DNA of 53,848 nt, taken from assembly GCF_004010195.1 (NCBI RefSeq), contig NC_057719.1, forward strand, positions 20,428,362 through 20,482,209. Direction: 5' to 3'. The stretch's first letter is position 1. Every line of letters begins with the position of its first letter. A program made the translations under genes and the position numbers. Below, piece after piece: positions 50,073-53,848 of this stretch. The DNA is from Chiloscyllium plagiosum. Lineage: Eukaryota. Under the pieces are notes generated by a model. The model was not told the origin of the DNA and did not search any database. It saw only the letters and a program-made list of their open reading frames with translations.

Positions 50073-51090
50073 CAATAGTAACTTAAATGCGTCCACATTT
50101 CTTAAGACACAGAAACATTATGATCAGTGACCTTACTAATCATTGGGTCATCATGTGATCATTAACTTCTCCAATAAGGCAAACATTTCTTTTGTTTCCT
50201 TCATTTCATTTTATTTTGACTAAACCAGTAAATTTTAGGTTAATACTTACATTGACCATTGAGGTAAAGATTATTGCAGAGAATCATGCATCACTTCTTA
50301 TACCAGTAGAATAGTAAGAGCCAAATGGCTGCAGGTTCTGGTTTGGCATGTGGAAAATGTTTTGTTTTTTTCTGAAAATCCTCCATACCATCTTCAAAAT
50401 GGAAGACCAGATGTCGCCTTCAGTTATGTGTTTGGCAGCACCAGTTTGACATTTGAGGGATAATTGCACTCGTATGCATAATATGTTTATCTGTTAATGC
50501 TCTAATCCAATAATTGTCAACTTAAAATTAAAACAAAATTATTACGTGTTAGGAAGTTGGAGGTGAGTTTATCCTTTTTTTTAAAAATCTAGCACTCCAG
50601 AAAACCATTTCACCAGAGGTAAAAGTTTGTCACAAAATTTGCAATGACGAATAAGTGAATGCTGGCGGAGTAAATTAAAATAACACAAATATTATGAAAT
50701 AATGAATAATATCAAAACATGTTTATATTCACAACTGAGCTGAAGTAAACATTTACAAATAGATGTTGTGCAATGAGTTCCTGGATCAACCAAACTGGCA
50801 TATTGGTAACAGAAATCCAGTGTGGCTAAGTGAGTCAAAACCTGATAAATAAAAATAAGAAAAGTATTCCTGGCTGATACCTGGTGAGAGAAATAATGAA
50901 CTCCATTAGCTATTAGCTGACAGCTACATGAACAATTCTGCAGGCTATCTAACAAATTTGAGAGCACTGATTTTACAATCCAGTTACAATTAGGCTCACT
51001 ACAGTGAGACTAGCATGTGGATGCTTTTGGATACCAGAGTTCAAACAAAATGCGGAGGACCCAGGGAGCATACAGTATGCATTTGCTCAG

Positions 51091-51100
51091 ATGACGTCAG
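51091..51100. promoter_or_regulatory. Full palindromic CRE (TGACGTCA), candidate only
   Basis: ATGACGTCAG with its CpG retained, in unique sequence. Function is unverified. Confidence 0.25.
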
Positions 51101-51398
51101 GGGTGCAAAACTCCTGCTTTGATGAGAGACGTGAGGTAATAAGAGCTTTCTAAAGAAGCAGCAAAGGAAAGGGGATGTTTAATTGAGCTTTCAGAGACTA
51201 AGAGAGGTTTTGGTAGAATGAACATTGACAGATTTTTCCTCTTGTTACTTTTCTATCTTTCATATTCTTCCCTTAGAGAATAGTTTGAACAGGAGAATGA
51301 TTCACAGGCTAATTAACTGTCTGATAGACTGCAACATAAACTCTTCTTCCACGTCTGTGTCTATCTTTACACCAACCAAAAGGGAGGTTAGAGCTGGT

Positions 51399-51570
51399 AC
51401 AAAAACAAAAATTGCTGGAGAAAGTCAACAGTTCTGAAGATGGGTCCCTGAGATTGAAATGTTAACTCTTGTTTCTTTTCATAGATGCTGCCAGACCTGT
51501 TGAGTTTCTCCACCAATTTCAGTTTTGTTTCAAATTTCTAGCATATTGCAGTTCGTTGTTTTACTTTAGG
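51399..51570. mobile_element. Inverted-dimer PLE-terminus element with HHR motif
   Basis: aaaacaaaaattgctggagaaa (minus tail), then GTT CTGAAGA TGGGTCCCTGAGATT GAAA TG TT AAC (51431-51466) and the plus tail agatgctgccagacctgttgag. Confidence 0.75.
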
Positions 51571-51879
51571 TCAGTGTGGGATGATGCTGGGATCTTATTC
51601 TACTGGCTTCTAAAACTTAAATGTAAACAGAGGACTTCAGCTTCCACAGATGTACTGATGACCAATATCAAGAAGTATCAGCTGTGGCTCAGTTGGTGTG
51701 TTAGTCTCTGATTTGCAAAGCCCTACATTCCAGTCCCACTCCCAGGCTTGGGAGTTGGTTTAGCTGGATGGCTGGTTTATAATGTGGAGTGATACCAACA
51801 GCATGGATTCAATTCCTGCCTAGAACTGAGATGGCCATTTTTGATTGGGAAATACACAATGTGTGCTGGGTTGATGTAG

Positions 51880-52337
51880 AATATAGAACATAGAAGAATG
51901 CAGCGCAGTACAGGCCCTTTGGCCCTCGATGTTGCACCAATCCAAGCCCACCTAACCTACACTAGCCACTATCCTCCATATGCCTATCCAATGCCCGCTT
52001 AAATGCCCATAAAGAGGGAGAGTCCACCACTGCTACTGGCAGGGCATTCCACGAACTCACGAAGTGCCTCAGCCTTTCCTCATACGATCTTCCTATCATA
52101 CCAGGCAACATCCTGGTAAACCTCCTCTGCACCCGTTCCAGTGCCTCCACATCCTTCCTATAGTACGGCGACCAAAACTGCACACAATACTCCAGATGCG
52201 GCCGCACCAGAGTCTTATACAACTGCAACATGATCTCAGGACTCCGGAACTCAATTCCTCTACCAATAAAAGCCAGTACGCCATATGCCTTCTTCACCGC
52301 ACTATTTACCTGGGTGGCAACTTTCAAAGATCTGTGT
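51880..52337 (-). mobile_element. Young CR1 3' fragment with an internal deletion
   Basis: Uninterrupted LYKTLVRPHLEYCVQFWSPYYRKDVEALERVQRRFTRMLPG, then a jump at RLRH/FVSSWNALP. CpG-rich. TTCTATG tail. Confidence 0.93.
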
Positions 52338-52381
52338 ATATTAAACTTGGATTGGAGCCAAGCTTAATTTTAGCGCTAAAA

Positions 52382-52665
52382 TAAAATAATGAACAGTGGA
52401 TGCTGGAAATCTGAAACATAAACAGAAAGTGATGGAGAAACTCAGCAGATCTGGCAGCATTTGCAGAGAGAGAGGAACAGAGTTAATGCTTCATGTCCAG
52501 TGACCCTTTGTCATAACTGATAGCAGTTGAGAAAGGGTGTCATTTATTCTGATGACAGCTAACTCACTCCCCATCATCAGCAGAAATAAACCCTTTTCCC
52601 AGCCGCTGATGAATGTTCATTAGACGAGAAATGCTACTTCTGTTTCTTCCTTTTCAGATTCCAGG
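52382..52665. mobile_element. Inverted pair of PLE termini, each with a decayed HHR
   Basis: Minus copy 52382-52520 (cagttatgacaaagggtcactggacatgaagcattaactc). Plus copy from CTGATGA at 52606..GAAA. The central arms gaaagggtg..tttatt.ctgatga / tcatcag..aaataaacccttttc are inverted. Confidence 0.65.
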
Positions 52666-52835
52666 TGTCAAAACTATTTCTTCAAGGCCTGGAAAATAAG
52701 GATTTCTGTACCAGGACTGATAAAACTGATCTTGACCACTGGAACTCTGGGATGCCAACTCTCTAGCATGGAATAGTTCCGACATACACTTTGATGCGAA
52801 ATGAGCAAATCAGATAGACCTCAATCCAAAAAGTC

Positions 52836-52920
52836 AAAAGTGAGGACTGCAGATGCTGGAAACCAGAGTCTAAATTAGAGTGGTGCTGGAAAAACACAGC
52901 AGGTCAGGCAGCATCCGAGG
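52836..52920 (-). mobile_element. PLE-terminus tail fragment (second subfamily)
   Basis: gtgaggactgcagatgctgg..gtggtgctggaaaaacacagcaggtcaggcagcatcc. Confidence 0.7.
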
Positions 52921-53087
52921 GTGAGGAGGAGGAAGCTGCCTCTGGTCAGTGGAGCCAGTACTCACTTTTTGGCCTGACAATGTATAGACCGGTTGATGAA
53001 AAAAGACCAAGGATCATCTAGTTCAGCTTCTCTCATCCTGATAGTCCATGATACAATAATTATGGGATAGTTGACTAACCTTGGAGA

Positions 53088-53209
53088 ACGTGAGGACTGC
53101 AGATGCTGAGATCAGAGTCAAAAGTGTGGTGCTGAAAAAGCGCAGCAGGTCAGGCAGCATCCTAGGAGCAGGAGAATTAATGTTTCAGGCATGAGCTATT
53201 CATCAGGAA
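53088..53209 (-). mobile_element. Solo PLE-terminus element with HHR core
   Basis: Minus strand reads TTC CTGATGA ATAGCTCATGCCT GAAA CA TT AATT, then the tail ggatgctgcctgacctgctgcgctttt. Confidence 0.75.
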
Positions 53210-53848
53210 GGGAGTAAGAATAATAGGGTAGTTATGGTAAGGGATTTTAACTTTTCAAACATCGACTGGGACTGCCATAGTGTTAAAGGTTTAGATGGAG
53301 AGGAATTTGTTAAGTGTGTACAAGACAATTTTCTGATTCCAGTATGTGGCTGTACCTACTAGAGAAGGTGCAAAACTTGACCTACTCTTGGGAAACAAGG
53401 CAGGGCAGGTGACTGAGGTGTCAGTGAGGGAGCACTTTGGGGCCAGCGACCATAATTCTATTTGTTTTAAAATAGTGATGGAAAAGGATAGACCAGATCT
53501 AAAGTTGAAGTTCTAAACTGGAGAAAGGCCAATTTTGACCGTATTAGGCAAGAACTTTCAAAAGCTGATTGGAGGCCGATGTTCTCAGGTAAAGGGACGG
53601 CTGGGAAATGGGAAGCCTTCAGAAATGAGATAACAAGAATCCAGAGAAAGTATATTCCTGTCAGGGTGAAAGGGAAGGCTGGTAGGTATAGGGAAAGCTG
53701 GATGACTAAAGAAATTGAGGGTTTGGTTAAGAAAAAGAAGGAAGCATATGTCAGGTATAGACAGGATAGATCGAGTGAATCCTTAGAAGAGTATAAAGGA
53801 AGGAGTATACTTAAGAGGGAAATCAGGAGGGCAAAAAGGGGACATGAG
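53210..53848 (+). mobile_element. CR1 ORF2 fragment running off the window end
   Basis: gattttaacttt (DFNF), REGAKLDLLLGN, SDHNS. The segment 53515-53848 is highly similar to 17858-18192. Confidence 0.92.

Overview
Eukaryotic, AT-rich, CpG-depleted, transposon-dense DNA with no recognisable intact host protein-coding gene. The repeat content (HE1-type V-SINEs, many CR1/HER1-type LINE pieces, DeuSINE/SacSINE-like fragments) points to a cartilaginous fish, probably a shark; this is inferred from repeat families only. The window reads as intron or gene desert. It holds decayed CR1, L2 and RTE LINE fragments, four SINE families, at least one solo LTR, a 398-bp tandem duplication, a minisatellite, and two Penelope-like elements (PLEs) with clear target-site duplications. 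The most notable signal is a minimal hammerhead-ribozyme (HHR) motif (CTGAnGA-hairpin-GAAA-CG-TH) near the 3' end of both PLEs. The same motif recurs in about nine short solo PLE-terminus elements, most of which begin at the ribozyme and several of which are inverted dimers. Also unexplained: a perfect 41-bp direct repeat 2460 bp apart, a bipartite shared motif, a speculative two-exon 73-aa ORF, and several enhancer-like unique segments. Family names come from recalled motifs, not database searches, and boundaries of old repeats are approximate.
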